From NCBI RefSeq assembly GCF_036971445.1, contig NC_091478.1:28954001-29018000 (forward strand): a stretch of 64,000 nucleotides of DNA, given 5' to 3'. Under the pieces are notes generated by a model, which saw only the letters and a list, made by a program, of their open reading frames with translations, was not told where the DNA came from and did not search any database. Below are positions 1 to 12,548 of the stretch, in pieces. How positions within the stretch are numbered: position 1 is the first letter of the stretch; each line of letters begins with the position of its first letter. The position numbers and the translations under genes are program-made. Origin of the DNA: Narcine bancroftii. Taxonomy: Eukaryota.

Positions 1-253
1 AAGGAAGGGTGAAGGGGAGGGGGAAGAAAAGAGGGGGATGAGGGGTGGGGAAGGGAGAGGGTGGGATAGGGGGAATGTTCCCTTTCTGTTAGTGGGGGGG
101 TTATGGTTGGAGAGGGGGGGAAGAGGAGGGGGAGGGAAGAAGGGGAGGCTGAAGCGGGAGGGTGTGTGAGGAGACAGGGTGCTCCCTCCCTTCTGTGGGG
201 GACCGTGGTGGGGGCATGGGTAACCGCGAGTCCTGCCCATGGCTGTAACTCAC

Positions 254-383
254 GTGCAAAGGGACTGGAGTCGCCGGTGTTGAGGGTGAAGGACTGGTGT
301 AACAGGCCTGGGGCAGGGCGATACCTCCCCACATCGTAGCCCATGGCCGGACAGCCTTCAGGTGGACATGTGAAACATTGCTC
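254..383 (-). CDS. Pancreatic lipase-family gene, coding exon 9 (EQCFTCPPEGCPAMGYDVGRY...LNTGDSSPFAR); gene continues beyond the left edge, so the PLAT-domain exons are not in the window
   Basis: ttccag acceptor and gtgagt donor; 130 nt; CFxCPxxGCPxMG and LNTG motifs of the PNLIP family; phase matches the preceding exon. Confidence 0.92.
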
Positions 384-1023
384 CTGGAACAGACACAGTC
401 ACAACCGCACCACCGTCTCCTATAATTTTCTCATGCATAGAATGATTCCACCAGCCAATAAGAGGCTGGGACAAGAGTGACACAGCAGAAGTCACTCCTG
501 AGTTATGTATGCTGCCAATAATTTAGCATTGCTCCACCAGCTTGCCTCTCAGCCTCCAAGGTTTCAGCATCACCCATCTCTCGCCATAAATACAGCAAGA
601 AATTATGGTGTTGACCCTGGTGTGGACCCAGGGGAGCCATGAACGGAGACCAACAGGGCTTTGCAAGGTCTTACTGCCTGGTTGTGGTGCTGACAGCTCT
701 TTGCAACGTTTAAATGGCCTGTTAAAGGAGCTACACTGTCTTTTATAACCACAGAGTCTGAGCCCAGGGTGGTGTTACCTGTGTGTGGCAGCAGCTATGA
801 TGTGTTGCAGACTCCAGGGAGGAGCTGCCTGTGTGTACCAGCAGCCAAGAGGAGCTGCAGACTCCAGGGGAAGAGCAGAGCAGCGCAGAAATGGGGAGAA
901 CACCTGTCATTAAGAAGAATTCTGGGAGAAGACCCTACAGGGAAGGTGTCCATAGCTGAAAACCAGCGAGGGGCCTAGTGGCTGAAGGATTCACACAGGC
1001 TGTGGGCTGCTGGTGACATGACC

Positions 1024-2440
1024 ATAAGACATCAGCAGAAATAGGCTATTTAGCCCATCAAGTCTGCCCCACCATTTAATCATGAGCTGATCCATTTTCC
1101 CACTCAGACCCTCTGCCCAGGCTTCTCCCCACAACTTTTGATGCCCTGCTAATCAAAAAACCTATCAATCTCTGCCTTAAATATGCCCAATGACCGGGCC
1201 TCCACAATCACCTGTGGCAGCAAATTCCACAGATTCACCACCCTCTGGATGAAGAAATTCCTCCACATCTCTGTTCTAAGTGGACACCCTTCAATCTTAA
1301 ATTTATGTCCTCTTGTCCTAGACTCTCCCACCATGGGGAACAACCTTTCTACTCTGCCAATACCTTTTAACATTAAAAATGTTTCAATGAAATGCCCCTC
1401 ATTCTTTTAAATTCCAAGAGTTGTCAAACACTCCTCATATGATAGACCTTTCATTCCTGGAATCATCCTTTTGAATCTTCTCTGAACTCCCTCCAATGTC
1501 AGCACATCCTTTCTTAAATGTGGAGCCCAAAACTGGTCTCAATACTCCAAGTGGGGTCTCACCAGTCCCTTATAAAGCCTCAACATCACATCCCTGCTCT
1601 AATATTCAATTCCTCTTGAAATGAATGCCAGCATTTGCCTTCTTCACCACTGACTCAACCTGGAAGTTTACCTTCAGGCGATCCTGCATGAGAACTCCTA
1701 GGTCCCTTTGCATCTGGGTATTTTCAATTTTCTCCCCATTTAGAAAATAGTCTGCCTGTTTATTTTGTATACATGACTGTACACTTTCCGACATTATATT
1801 TCATTTGACAATTCTCTGCCATTTTAATCTGTCAGTCCTCCATGTTTCTTCCACACTACCTGTTTCTCTATCTACCTTCGTATCTGCAAATTTGGCCACA
1901 AAGCTATTCATTCCAGCCCCTGTGGAACACCACTAGCACAGGCAGCAAACTAGAATATGATCCTTATATTCCAACTCTCTGCTTCCTGCCAATCACCCAA
2001 TGGTCTACTCATGCTAATATGTTTTCTGGTGTAGCACAGGCTTTTACCTTGTTAAGGAGTCTCATTTACGGCACCTTGTCAAAGGCCTTCTGAAAATCCA
2101 AATGCACAATATCTACTGCATCTCCTTTATCCAGCCTGCTGGTCACTTCCTCAAAGAATTCTAATAGGTTTGCCAAGCAAGATTTTCCCTTTAGGAAACC
2201 TTGTTGGCTTTGACCAATCCTGTCATGTGTCTCCAAGTATTCTGCCACCTCATCCTTTACCATCGACTCCAACATCTTCTCAACCACTGATGTCAGGCTA
2301 ACCAGTCTATAATTTCCTTTCTGCTGCCTCCCTCCCTCCTTGAATACTGGGGTCACACTTGTGCTAATCCAGTACTATTAATTCATGAAAGATCAGTACC
2401 TATACCTCCACAAGTCTCTACTGCTATTTCTTTAAGAACC
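1024..2440 (-). mobile_element. CR1-type LINE 3' fragment (degenerate RT to 3' tail)
   Basis: ORF fragments GNYRLVSLTSVV...LDFQKAFDKVP and ESRTRGHKFKI...FFIQRVVNLWN. Confidence 0.85.
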
Positions 2441-2649
2441 CGAGGGGGCAATCCATCTGGTCCAGGAGGCTTGGGGTTGAGGGACCCTGCACAAGCTGCA
2501 GGCTGCTGGAGACTGGCTCATGGGATCCAGGTACTGGAGCCAGGATTTGAGAGGTTGCTGAGGGTAAAAAGGGCTCCTGAAGGGCACTGAAAGCTTCCTG
2601 ATCGTGACGGAGGTTTTGATCTGGAGCTTGGGTTGCCAATGGATTGGAC

Positions 2650-2850
2650 ATACAGCATGGTCACCTTCCCAATTACACCCAATTACCCTACAAACCCTGT
2701 ATGTTTTGAACAGTGGGAGGAAACCGGAGCCCCCGAGGAAAACCCACACAGACACAGGGAAAATGCACAAACTCCTTACAGACAGCACGTGATTCAAACC
2801 CTGGTCCCAATTGCTGGCTCTGAAACAGCATTAAACTAACCGCTGCATTA
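2650..2850 (-). mobile_element. V-SINE/HE1-like SINE. Other copies at about 11880-12080, 21090-21315, 24745-24960 (+), 27690-27850, 39740-39930, 58995-59190
   Basis: Recurrent core gagtttgt..gttctccctgtgtctgcgtgggttttcc..gggtgctccggtttcctcccac seen in many places in the window. Confidence 0.75.
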
Positions 2851-3650
2851 ATTATGTGCCCCATTTTTATGTATTATTATGTGACAATAAAAGGAACTTT
2901 GAAAATCTCCATTTCAGGTGAATCTCCTGAATCTCCAGCACAAACACATTCTATGTTTTGTAAAGTTCTAACGCAACTTCCCAACATTTATATTTCATGT
3001 CCCAACATGAAGCCAAGGGTAAAATAGTCACCACCCTATGCACCTGGGTTACTACCTTCAGGGAACTCATAATTTGAACCCTTAGATTGCTATGTTACCA
3101 GCATGCCTGTGTCCCCTGCCATTTACTGGATTTGTTCTGCCCCTGTTTACTTTCCTCACCCTTGTTGGGATTAAATTCCATGGGCCAGTGCTCTGCCCAA
3201 TTTCCCATCTGGTCCATCTCCTGCTGCACCTTGGACAATCTTCCTCACTCTCCACAACTCCAATATATCACGCAACCTGCAGAAGTAATAGTCATACCTC
3301 CAACCTTCACCTCCAAGGTGTTTACCCCTGGATTCTCAACGTATCCCTGCTTACATAACGGACAGCTCTGTAAACCTGGACCAGAGTTGGACATACACCT
3401 CTCAAATGTATCGCTCTACAGCCAGTATCCCCTGCCTGCGAGTGAATATCTCAGACACCTCCTTGAGTCTCAGCTGAAGAATGATGTTGGTGAAGGAAAG
3501 TGAGGAGAGAGGACAGACTTGGTGTGAGCAGAAATCGGAGGGACGTATTGAAGAACCAGACAGCTCACTGGCACCACCCTGTGGCATCGTGGAAGATCGC
3601 TGCCTGAAACATGCAGAATGTATATTTATTGTACGTACAGTACAGTATAT

Positions 3651-4646
3651 TTTTGCAGACGATGCCGCTTTAGTTGCCCATTCAGAGCCAGCTCTTCAGC
3701 GCTTGACGTCCTGCTTTGCGGAAACTGCCAAAATGTTTGGCCTGGAAGTCAGCCTGAAGAAAACTGAGGTCCTCCATCAGCCAGCTCCCCACCATGATTA
3801 CCAGCCCCCCAACATCTCCATCGGGCACACAAAACTCAAAACGGTCAACCAGTTTACCTATCTCGGCTGCACCACTTCATCAGATGCAAGGATCGACAAT
3901 GAGATAGACAACAGACTCGCCAAGGCAAATAGCGCCTTTGGAAGACTACACAAAAGAGTCTGGAAAAACAACCAACTGAAAAACCTCACAAAGATTAGCG
4001 TATACAGAGCCGTTGTCATACCCACACTCCTGTTCGGCTCCGAATCATGGGTCCTCTACCGGCACCACCTACGGCTCCTAGAACGCTTCCACCAGCGTTG
4101 TCTCCGCTCCATCCTCAACATCCATTGGAGCGCTTACATCCCTAACGTCGAAGTACTCGAGATGGCAGAGGTCGACAGCATCGAGTCCACGCTGCTGAAG
4201 ATCCAGCTGCGCTGGATGGGTCACGTCTCCAGAATGGAGGACCATCGCCTTCCCAAGATCGTGTTATATGGCGAGCTCTCCACTGGCCACCGTGACAGAG
4301 GTGCACCAAAGAAAAGGTACAAGGACTGCCTAAAGAAATCTCTTGGTGCCTGCCACATTGACCACCGCCAGTGGGCTGATAACGCCTCAAACCGTGCATC
4401 TTGGCGCCTCACAGTTTGGCGGGCAGCAACCTCCTTTGAAGAAGACCGCAGAGCCCACCTCACTGACAAAAGGCAAAGGAGGAAAAACCCAACACCCAAC
4501 CCCAACCAACCAATTTTCCCCTGCAACCGCTGCAATCGTGTCTGCCTGTCCCGCATCGGACTTGTCAGCCACAAACGAGCCTGCAGCTGACGTGGACTTT
4601 TTTACCCCCTCCATAAATCTTCGTCCGCGAAGCCAAGCCAAAGAAG
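3651..4646 (+). mobile_element. RTE-clade LINE, 5'-truncated young copy with 12-bp TSD
   Basis: Open ORF FADDAAL...CNRCNRVCLSRIGLVSHKRACS; TSD AGTACAGTATAT at 3639-3650 and 4647-4658; short AAG-rich tail. Confidence 0.95.
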
Positions 4647-4713
4647 AGTACAGTATATATTTTAAGTTAAACAAGGAGGGGAAGCTTTAAATTCTTTAAA
4701 ATTGCTTAACCTT

Positions 4714-4715
<2 letters not shown>

Positions 4716-4797
<82 letters not shown>

Positions 4798-4969
4798 CAT
4801 ATGTGCACATAAGTGTGTATGTGCATGTGAGTGAATGTGTGCACGTGTGTAAGTGTGTGTATGCACATGTGTGTGTGTGTATTGTGCTCATGCGTGAGTT
4901 GTTTGTGTGTGCTTGTGCACAAGGGTGTGCATATGTGCACAACTGCATGTGTGTGTATGCGTGCAAATG

Positions 4970-5013
<44 letters not shown>

Positions 5014-5017
5014 TGTA
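4716..5017. repeat. (GT)n microsatellite with degenerate GT/GC/AT-rich extension
   Basis: Pure GT run about 4716-4792, followed by interrupted GT repeats. Confidence 0.97.
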
Positions 5018-5636
5018 CTAGAGAGAGGGTGCTGTCAGCTGTGCCCTTTGATTAACCCATGCAGTCACTGCCCTCAAAGTCTTTGATTACCACATAAAGT
5101 GCCTTCACACCCACCCTCTTTGTCATTTAATACACACCACACCCAAATTCTAATAATTCTAAAGGTTAATCCTGAATCCAAACTGTTGGCCACAAGTATA
5201 ATGGTAAGCAGTGATTAGCCATGGGCTGTCAACATGGCTACTGACATGGATCCATGTATGAGTGGAAGAATTTCCCTTTGGAAACATTTGTCTGCTCCAC
5301 TGCCAAGCCTCTTCGAGGGATGCCCACCCTGAAGATGTTCTCCTCTCTTTGAAGGCAGTTCTATGAGAGTTACTCTCACTCATCGCCCTCTGTTAAACCC
5401 ACAGCTCCCAAGCTGCAGGACAGTGTGATCTCCCAGACTCTCCCCTCCTACTGATATGCACCTATACCCTGTCAGCCTGTTCTCCTCCTCTTCCCTCCAC
5501 CGTTCCTTTTTATGTCTGGCTGGTTTTCGACACCTCGATGAAAAGCCAGGCCTGAAACAAGGGTTGTGCTTCATTTGCTTCTTGACCTGCTGAGTTTCTC
5601 TAGCACTGTTGAATGCTGCCTTTCTTCTGTACTTAC

Positions 5637-5755
5637 TGCCTGAAATTCCTCCTCACTGGCACAACGAAAGGCCACAAAACCATCCGGTGACCCAATGCTC
5701 TCCGTGAAATACTTAATGGCACGCAAATGGTTGCAGGACAGAAAATTCTTTGTGC
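5637..5755 (-). CDS. Pancreatic lipase-family gene, coding exon 8 (TKNFLSCNHLRAIKYFTESIGSPDGFVAFRCASEEEFQA), carrying the catalytic His
   Basis: catag acceptor and gtaagt donor; 119 nt; CNHLR motif. Confidence 0.93.
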
Positions 5756-5857
5756 CTATGGGAAGAAAGAACAATTCTGATTCATAAGCATTAGACCATA
5801 AGACATAGGAGCAGAAATAGGCCATTAAGCCCATCAAGTCTTCTCCAACATTCAATC

Positions 5858-8800
5858 AGATTTCAGATTTATGATCAGAGAGCATAAATGACATCACATA
5901 CAACCCTGAGATTCTTTTTTTTTGCGGGCAAGGAAGAATTTCCACCTATTGGTAAACAGATAACAGATAAACTGTAAACAGATAACAAATGTAGACAAAT
6001 TGACTGTGAAATAAGAGAGAACAAAACAAATCGATAAAGTGCACAAGTAAAAGTCCTTAAATGAGTCCTTGATAGAGGTCGTTGTTTTTTTGTTTTGTTT
6101 TTTTTAAATTTTTTATTTTTCACACCATAAATCACATTAACCATGATACACACTTTTTCCTTTTCACACATATACAGTGCCATTTTTTCCCCCACCCCCC
6201 TCCCTCCTCCCATCCCACCCTCCCTACCTCCCCCCTCCCGTCCATTTAAGGTACAAAATCTAGGATAAATTAAACCAGTCAGACAATGTTGTCATTCAAT
6301 AAAAATACACCAGAAATTCCACTGAGTCCATTCTTTTCATTTCCTTTTCCTTCCGTTAACTTAGGTAGTGACTGTCCCCGGTAGGTTTTCGCTATTGTGT
6401 TTCATGTAAGGCTCCCATATTTGTTCGAATATTTCAATATTATTTCTTAAACTATATGTTATAACCGAGGATAGCACTAGATAAATTAACAGAATGGTAT
6501 AAACAAGGAGGCTTACAACTGCCAAATTTTAAAAATTATTATAGAGCTGCACAATTAAGATACCTATCAGATTTTTATCGAACAAGGGAAAAACCAGATT
6601 GGACGAGATTAGAATTAGATAAAATAGGGGAAAAGATACCTGAACACATATTATATAAATGGGATGAAAAATTGGTACAACATAGAACTTCTCCAGTATT
6701 ACATCATCTCCTCAATATTTGGAAGAAGATTCATGTAGAAAGAAATAAAACAAATTATCAATTACCAAAACTAATATTGACGCAAAACAAGTTACTCCCT
6801 TTTACAATAGATAACCTTTCCTTTAGAGAATGGGAAAAAAAGGGATTAAAAGAATAGAAAATTGTTTTTCAGGAAATAGATTCTTATCCTTTGAACAAAT
6901 GAAAGATAAGTACAATATAACTCAAGATACAGCGCTGGCATATTACCAATTGAGATCCTACTTGAAGGATAAATTAGGAAGCAGCTTGAGTTTGCCAGAG
7001 GGAAGTAACCTTGAATATGTGATTACAGATACAATGTTAATCAAAAGATTTATAACAAATATGTATATTAAACTGCAAGAAAAGGAGAATGAGGAAACAA
7101 ATGGTAAAACTAAACAAAAATGGGAACAAGATTTAAATATAAAGATAAAAAAGGAAACATGGGAGAAGTTATGCTCTGGAACGATGAGAAATACAATAAA
7201 TACGAGGTTACGTATGATACAATATAACTGGATACACAGGCTATACATTACACCTCAAAAGTTAAATAAATAGGACCCAACAGTATCTGATAGATGTTTT
7301 CGATGTAAAAAAGAAATGGGAACAACAATTCATGCAATCTGGACATGTGAGAAAGTAGAAATATTTTGGGAAGATCTCAATCAGATATTAAATAAAATAA
7401 CAGAAAACAATATACCAAAGAATCCAGAGATCTTCCTCCTAAGTAACATAAAAAACAAAGAATTTGGAATTGATTTGGAGGATGCACAAAAAAGATTTGT
7501 TAAGATAGCTCTAGCCGTAGCAAAAAAATGTATTATGTCAACCTGGAAATTGGAAGATAATTTGAAAATACAACAATGGTATATAGAAATGAATAAATGT
7601 ATTCCATTGGAAAAAATAACATATAGTTTAAGAAATAATATTGAAATATTTGAACAAATTTGGGAGCCTTACATTAAATACAATAGCGAAAACCTACCGA
7701 TGACAGTCATTACCCAAGTTAACGGAAGGAAAAGGAAATGAAAAGAATGGACTCAGTAGAATTTCTGGTGTATTTTTATTGAATGACAACATTGTCTGAC
7801 TGGTTTAATGTATCCTAGAATGTATACCTTAAATGGACGGGAGGGGGGAGGTAGGGAGGGTGGGATGGGAGGAGGGAGGGTGGGAGAAAATGGCACTGTA
7901 TATGTGTGAAAAGTAAAAAGTGTGTACCATGGTTAATGTGATTTATGGTGTGAAAAATAAAAATTTTTTAAAAATAAATAAATAAATGAATGGTGATTCC
8001 TTCTTAAATTTTGAGAAATCCGCATTATTCATAGGCATTGCTTCACTTTTATTTACGTTGATCTTGTAACCCGACACTTCTCCATATTCCTTCAATTTCT
8101 TATATAATTCTTTTATTGATAGTTCTGGTTCTGTTAAGTATACTATAACATCATCCGCAAATAAACTGATTTTATATTCCTTGTCTTTTATTTTTATCCC
8201 TTTTATATTATTTTCTGTTCTTATCAATTCTGCTAGTGGTTCTATAGCTAACGCAAACAATAAAGGTGATAGTGGGCATCCCTGCCGTGTTGACCTGCTT
8301 AAGTTAAATTGCTTTGATACATGTCCATTTACTGTCACTTTCGCTAATGGTCCCTTATATAATGCTTTAATCCAATTAATATACTTCTCCAGTAAACTGA
8401 ATTTTTGCAATACTTTGAACAAATAATTCCATTCTACTCTGTCAAAGGCCTTCTCTGCGTCTAAAGCAACTGCTACTGTTGGTGCTTTATTCCCTTCTAC
8501 TGCATGAATTAAGTTAATAAATTTACAAATATTGTCTGTTGTGCATCTTTTTTTGATAAATCCAGTTTGGTCTAGATTTACCATTTTCGGATTGAGGTCG
8601 TTATTGAGGAGTCTAATGGTGGAGGGATATTAGCTGTTCCTGAATCTGCTGGTGTGAGTCTTGTGGCACCTACACCTCTCCTGATGGCAGCAGTGAGAAC
8701 AGAGCATGTGCTCAGTGGTTTAGACCTTTGATGATCGCAGTGTTCCCTGTAGATGTTCTTGATGGTGGGGAGGGTTTTGCCTGTGATGTCCTGAGCTGTA

Positions 8801-9630
8801 TCCACTGCCTTTAGGAGGGCTTTACACTCAGGGGTATCGGTGTCCCCATACGAGACTCTGATGCAACCAATAAGCACACATTCCACTACACATCTGTAAA
8901 GATTTGCCAGGATTTCTGATGTCATACCAAACATCTGCAAACTCCTGAGGAGTAGAGGCATTGATGTGCTTTCTTCATGATGCCATTAGTGTGTTTGGTC
9001 CAGGAAAGATTCTCTGAGATAGTGAAGAACTTAAATTTTGCTCACCCTCTTCACCTCTGGTCCCCCAAAGATCACTGGACTTTGATCTCTGGCTTTCCTT
9101 TCCTGAAGTCATTGCCTAGTTTTGGTGACATTGAGTGCAGGGTTGTTGTTGGTGCACGTTTTCAATCTCCATCCTGTACGCTGACTCATCCCCTTCCTTT
9201 ATACAACCCACTATCGTGGTATCATCGGCAGATTTGTAGATGGTGTAATTGTTGTATTGAGCTACACAGTTGTAGGCGTAAAGTGAGTAAAGCAGGGGGC
9301 TAGGAACACAGCCCTGTGGTGCTCCAGTACTGATGGAGATTGTAGAGGAGATGTTCTTAGCAATCTTCACTGATTGTGGTCTGGAGTTGAGGAAATCCAG
9401 AATCCAATTACATAGTGGGGTGTTGAGTCCCAGGTCTTGGAGTTTGCTGATCAATTTTGAGGGGATGATGGTGTTAATGTAATAAAAAGCATCCTGATGT
9501 ATGCATCTTTACTGCCCAAGTGTTCAAGAGCTTTGTGTAGAGCCAGTGAGATGGCATCCACCATAAACCTGTGAAACGCATCCACGTCACTGCTCAGTCA
9601 GGAGCTGAAATGCTTCATCACCAGCCTCTC
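5858..9630 (-). mobile_element. Rex-Babar-type LINE fragment (5858-6084 plus 8590-9630) interrupted by an L1 composite
   Basis: [16 protein letters not shown]...[17 protein letters not shown]; (AATCTG)-like tail at about 5858; the host sequence resumes across the L1 insertion. Confidence 0.8.
6085..8588. mobile_element. L1-type LINE composite: minus-strand 3' end (6085-6462), plus-strand ORF2 C-terminus with 3'UTR and A-rich tail (6463-7987), minus-strand RT fragment (7988-8585)
   Basis: RT motifs LDAEKAFDRV, RQGCPLSPLLF, LFADDV; C-terminal CFRC..HAIWTC knuckle; approximate TSD gatagaggtcgttgtt / gattgaggtcgttatt. Confidence 0.88.
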
Positions 9631-9716
9631 AAAACACTTCAAGGAAAGGCTGTGCAACAGTGCTGGGTCCCACCGCAGCGTGTGTCTGAGTTACACCAAC
9701 ACCTTCTGTCACTAAC

Positions 9717-9836
9717 CTTCCCAGATCCCGTCCACATCCAGGATGGTTGAAATGAGGTTCTTTGAGCAGCCTGGCATGTTCTCTCCGCCATTTGGGTAGA
9801 AGTCCACATGGCCACAAGGATAGGTTATTCCAAACC
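9717..9836 (-). CDS. Pancreatic lipase-family gene, coding exon 7 ([40 protein letters not shown]), lid region
   Basis: catag acceptor and gttagt donor; 120 nt; [14 protein letters not shown] signature. Confidence 0.94.
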
Positions 9837-10594
9837 CTATGACAGAGACAGACCATCAGATTGGCCCCCACTCTCCCAGATACCCCACCGAGAGAGGGTT
9901 TTGGACTCTTAGTCTCTGCATATTCTCCTTCTCTCTCTTTCTGTCTCTCCCCCTCTCTTTCTCTCCACCGCACATCTCTCCACTTTCTCTCCCTCACTGT
10001 CCCCACATTCTCTCCCCACTCTCTCCATCACACTCTCAACTGCCCTCTCATGATGACGGGCCATGGGAACCAGGTGTGGGGACTGCGATCTGTGAGGGTG
10101 CCAATAGCCTGAAGGGCCTCAGTTGTCAGTAACTTCCTGATAGTTTCAGAGGTTCAGAACCAGGAGTTCAGGGTCACCACTAGACTGAACAGGAAGCCCT
10201 GCGGCTGCAGAGGTTGCAGGCATGCAGGAGGTGAATCCACAGCCACTTGGTGACTCTGAAGGGACTCTCCTTCAACTCTTATTGGTGGGGGAACCAGGCA
10301 AGTGGCACCTCTTCATGTGCCTCCATGGCAGGGGTGTACTACCTCCCAGTACATGAATCGTGTCTCTCTCTCTCTTGTTCTTTCACCATTTCACTTTATG
10401 ACATGTCTTGCTCTTCTTTTCCCTCTCTCACAATTCACCCCCCCCCCACCCCCACCCTGGCTCACTGTCTTGCCTCATTATTTCCTAGACCACTTCGACC
10501 TAGGGACAGGTCCTTTGGCCCAACTCTTCCATCCTGACCAATTTGGCATTCTTATAAACCCTGGTCAATTTTATGCATTCCACCAAAAATAATA

Positions 10595-11565
10595 CCATAA
10601 GACATAGGAGGAGAAATAGGCCTTTCATCTCATTGAGTCCTCCCTACCATTTAATCATGAGCTGATCCATTTCCCCACTCAGCCCCACTGCCTAGACTTC
10701 TCCCCATAACCTTTGACGCCCTGGCTAATCAAGAACCTATCAATTGCCCCTTTTCCACTGGCATCCCGGCTAATAGGCCATGCAGTGTCCTGGGATAGGA
10801 AGCCACTTGTGCTGTTTCCACTGGGCCATCCTTAACTGGGACAGTGACTACTTTTCCACTGAACACAATTCATACCTGAGATCAGAATGTTCTACCTTCA
10901 ACTGGAAATGGTGATTTTCTGCTGTCCTTTTTCCATTGGTTTAATCAGCATATGAGTAGGGGTAGAGGCTGTAAATCCCGCCTTGAAATGACGTCATTTG
11001 ATGCCAGTGTGCTGAATGTTTTCTTTTTCCATTGGACCCTGTCCCAGTTAATTCCCTGTTAATTCCTGGGACAATGTGCCAGTGGAAAAGGGGCTATTCT
11101 CTGCCTTTAAAGCACCCAATATCCTGGCCTCCTCAACCACCTGTGGAAACAAATTCCACATATTTACCACCCTCTGGCTGACGAAATTCCTCCAATCTCT
11201 GTTCTAAGCAGACACCCTTCAATCCTGAAGTTGTGCCCTCTTGTTCTAGACTCTCCCACTGTGGGAAACAACCTTTCTACATCCTCTCTGTCCACAACTT
11301 TCAACATTCAAAATGTTTCAATGAGATTCCCCGTCTTTCTCTTATATTCCAACGAGTACAAGCCAAAAGGTGTCAAACATTCCTCTATGATAGCCCTTTC
11401 ATTCCCAGAATCATCCCTATGAACCTCTCTGAACCCTCTCCAACATCAGCACATCCTTTCTTAAATGAGGAGCCTAAAACTGCTCACAATACTCCAAGTG
11501 AGGTCTCACCAGTGACTTATAAAGCCTCAACATCACATCCCTGCTTTTACATTCTATTCCTTTTG
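10595..11565 (-). mobile_element. CR1-type LINE 3' fragment with a nested MITE
   Basis: Same sequence family as 1024-1620; continuity across the insert at 10745-11095. Confidence 0.8.
10746..11094. mobile_element. Non-autonomous DNA transposon (MITE), PIF/Harbinger-like
   Basis: Perfect 18-bp TIR GCCCCTTTTCCACTGGCA / TGCCAGTGGAAAAGGGGC; about 3-bp AT-rich TSD (aat/att) inside the CR1 host. Confidence 0.8.
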
Positions 11566-11689
11566 AAACAAGTGCCAGAGGTGCCTGTTTCGATCCTGTG
11601 ATTCACCTCCTTCCCAGTGAGGACCTGTGCCAGTGCTCCCCACCTTTCTGCTGTCCCCAGATGCGGGAAATATCCCCAATGATACCGAC

Positions 11690-11809
11690 CTTTGTCAGGG
11701 GACTGCAAGGAGCCATCCGTGTGAATCACATCAACGAAATGGGCGTCGGTGGGGTCCAGGCGCACTTCAGGAGGAGTGTTCTGGAAATACGGGGCAACAG
11801 GATCAAGGC
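11690..11809 (-). CDS. Pancreatic lipase-family gene, coding exon 6 (GLDPVAPYFQNTPPEVRLDPTDAHFVDVIHTDGSLQSPDKG), carrying the catalytic Asp
   Basis: ctgcag acceptor and gtcggt donor; 120 nt; GLDP and RLDPxDAxFVDVIHTD motifs. Confidence 0.94.
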
Positions 11810-12548
11810 CTGCAGAAACAAAATCATGGATCAGTCTAGAGTCTCTCACATCTCTGCTGTGCCTAATTTATTTAGTTATTTATAATAGAGTAGAAGCTGA
11901 TTCTGGCCATTTAAACCCATGGCACCCAATTACATTCAATTGACCTACAACTCGGCATATTTTTTTGTACAGTGAGTGGAAACCGGAGCACCTGAAGGAA
12001 GCCCACGCAGACACAGGGAGAACATACAAACTCCTGACAGATAGCGCTGAATTCAAGCCCAGGTCACTGGCGCTGTAATGCATGGGATGCATGCAATCTG
12101 CTGCAATGCACAGAATCTCAATCCCTAAATCTCCACATTCAGAAAGGGGACCATTCAACCTATGAGCAATGCCATTCCCCTTCCTCACCCAATTTTCCTG
12201 TAAACTATTCCCCCCACCCCACATTCCCATCAACTCCCCCACCTTACCCACACAAGGGGGACAATCTATTAATTTAGTGGCCTTCAGGATGTGGGAGGAA
12301 TCTGGAGCACCCACATGATCATAGAGAGATTACGCCAACTCCACAGTGACAGCACAGGAAACTCTGGTGTCTGGAGCTGAGTAAGAGCCTCTAACTGCTG
12401 TCCATAAAGATGCCATAAAGCCTTTCTCCATTCACTGTACGTCCCATCCTTATTCCAGTACAGAGTCACTTCCAGCTACGAACTCTTCTCCCTGTCTCCC
12501 ACATAAACACCAGCCATTCCAAATCCAGGCTGTGACCGAGAGAATTAC

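Noticed and set aside
3481-3650. N-terminal extension of the 369-aa RTE ORF (possible fusion gene)
   Set aside because: Flanking DNA outside the TSD that happens to be in frame; no promoter or splice evidence
4662-5055. His/Thr- and Cys/Val-rich ORFs
   Set aside because: Translations of the (GT)n microsatellite
12520-12534. In-frame GHSLD just inside the intron after the GHGLG exon, as a possible replacement nucleophile motif
   Set aside because: It lies past a canonical donor, lacks the second Gly, and read-through hits a stop at about 12466; probably chance
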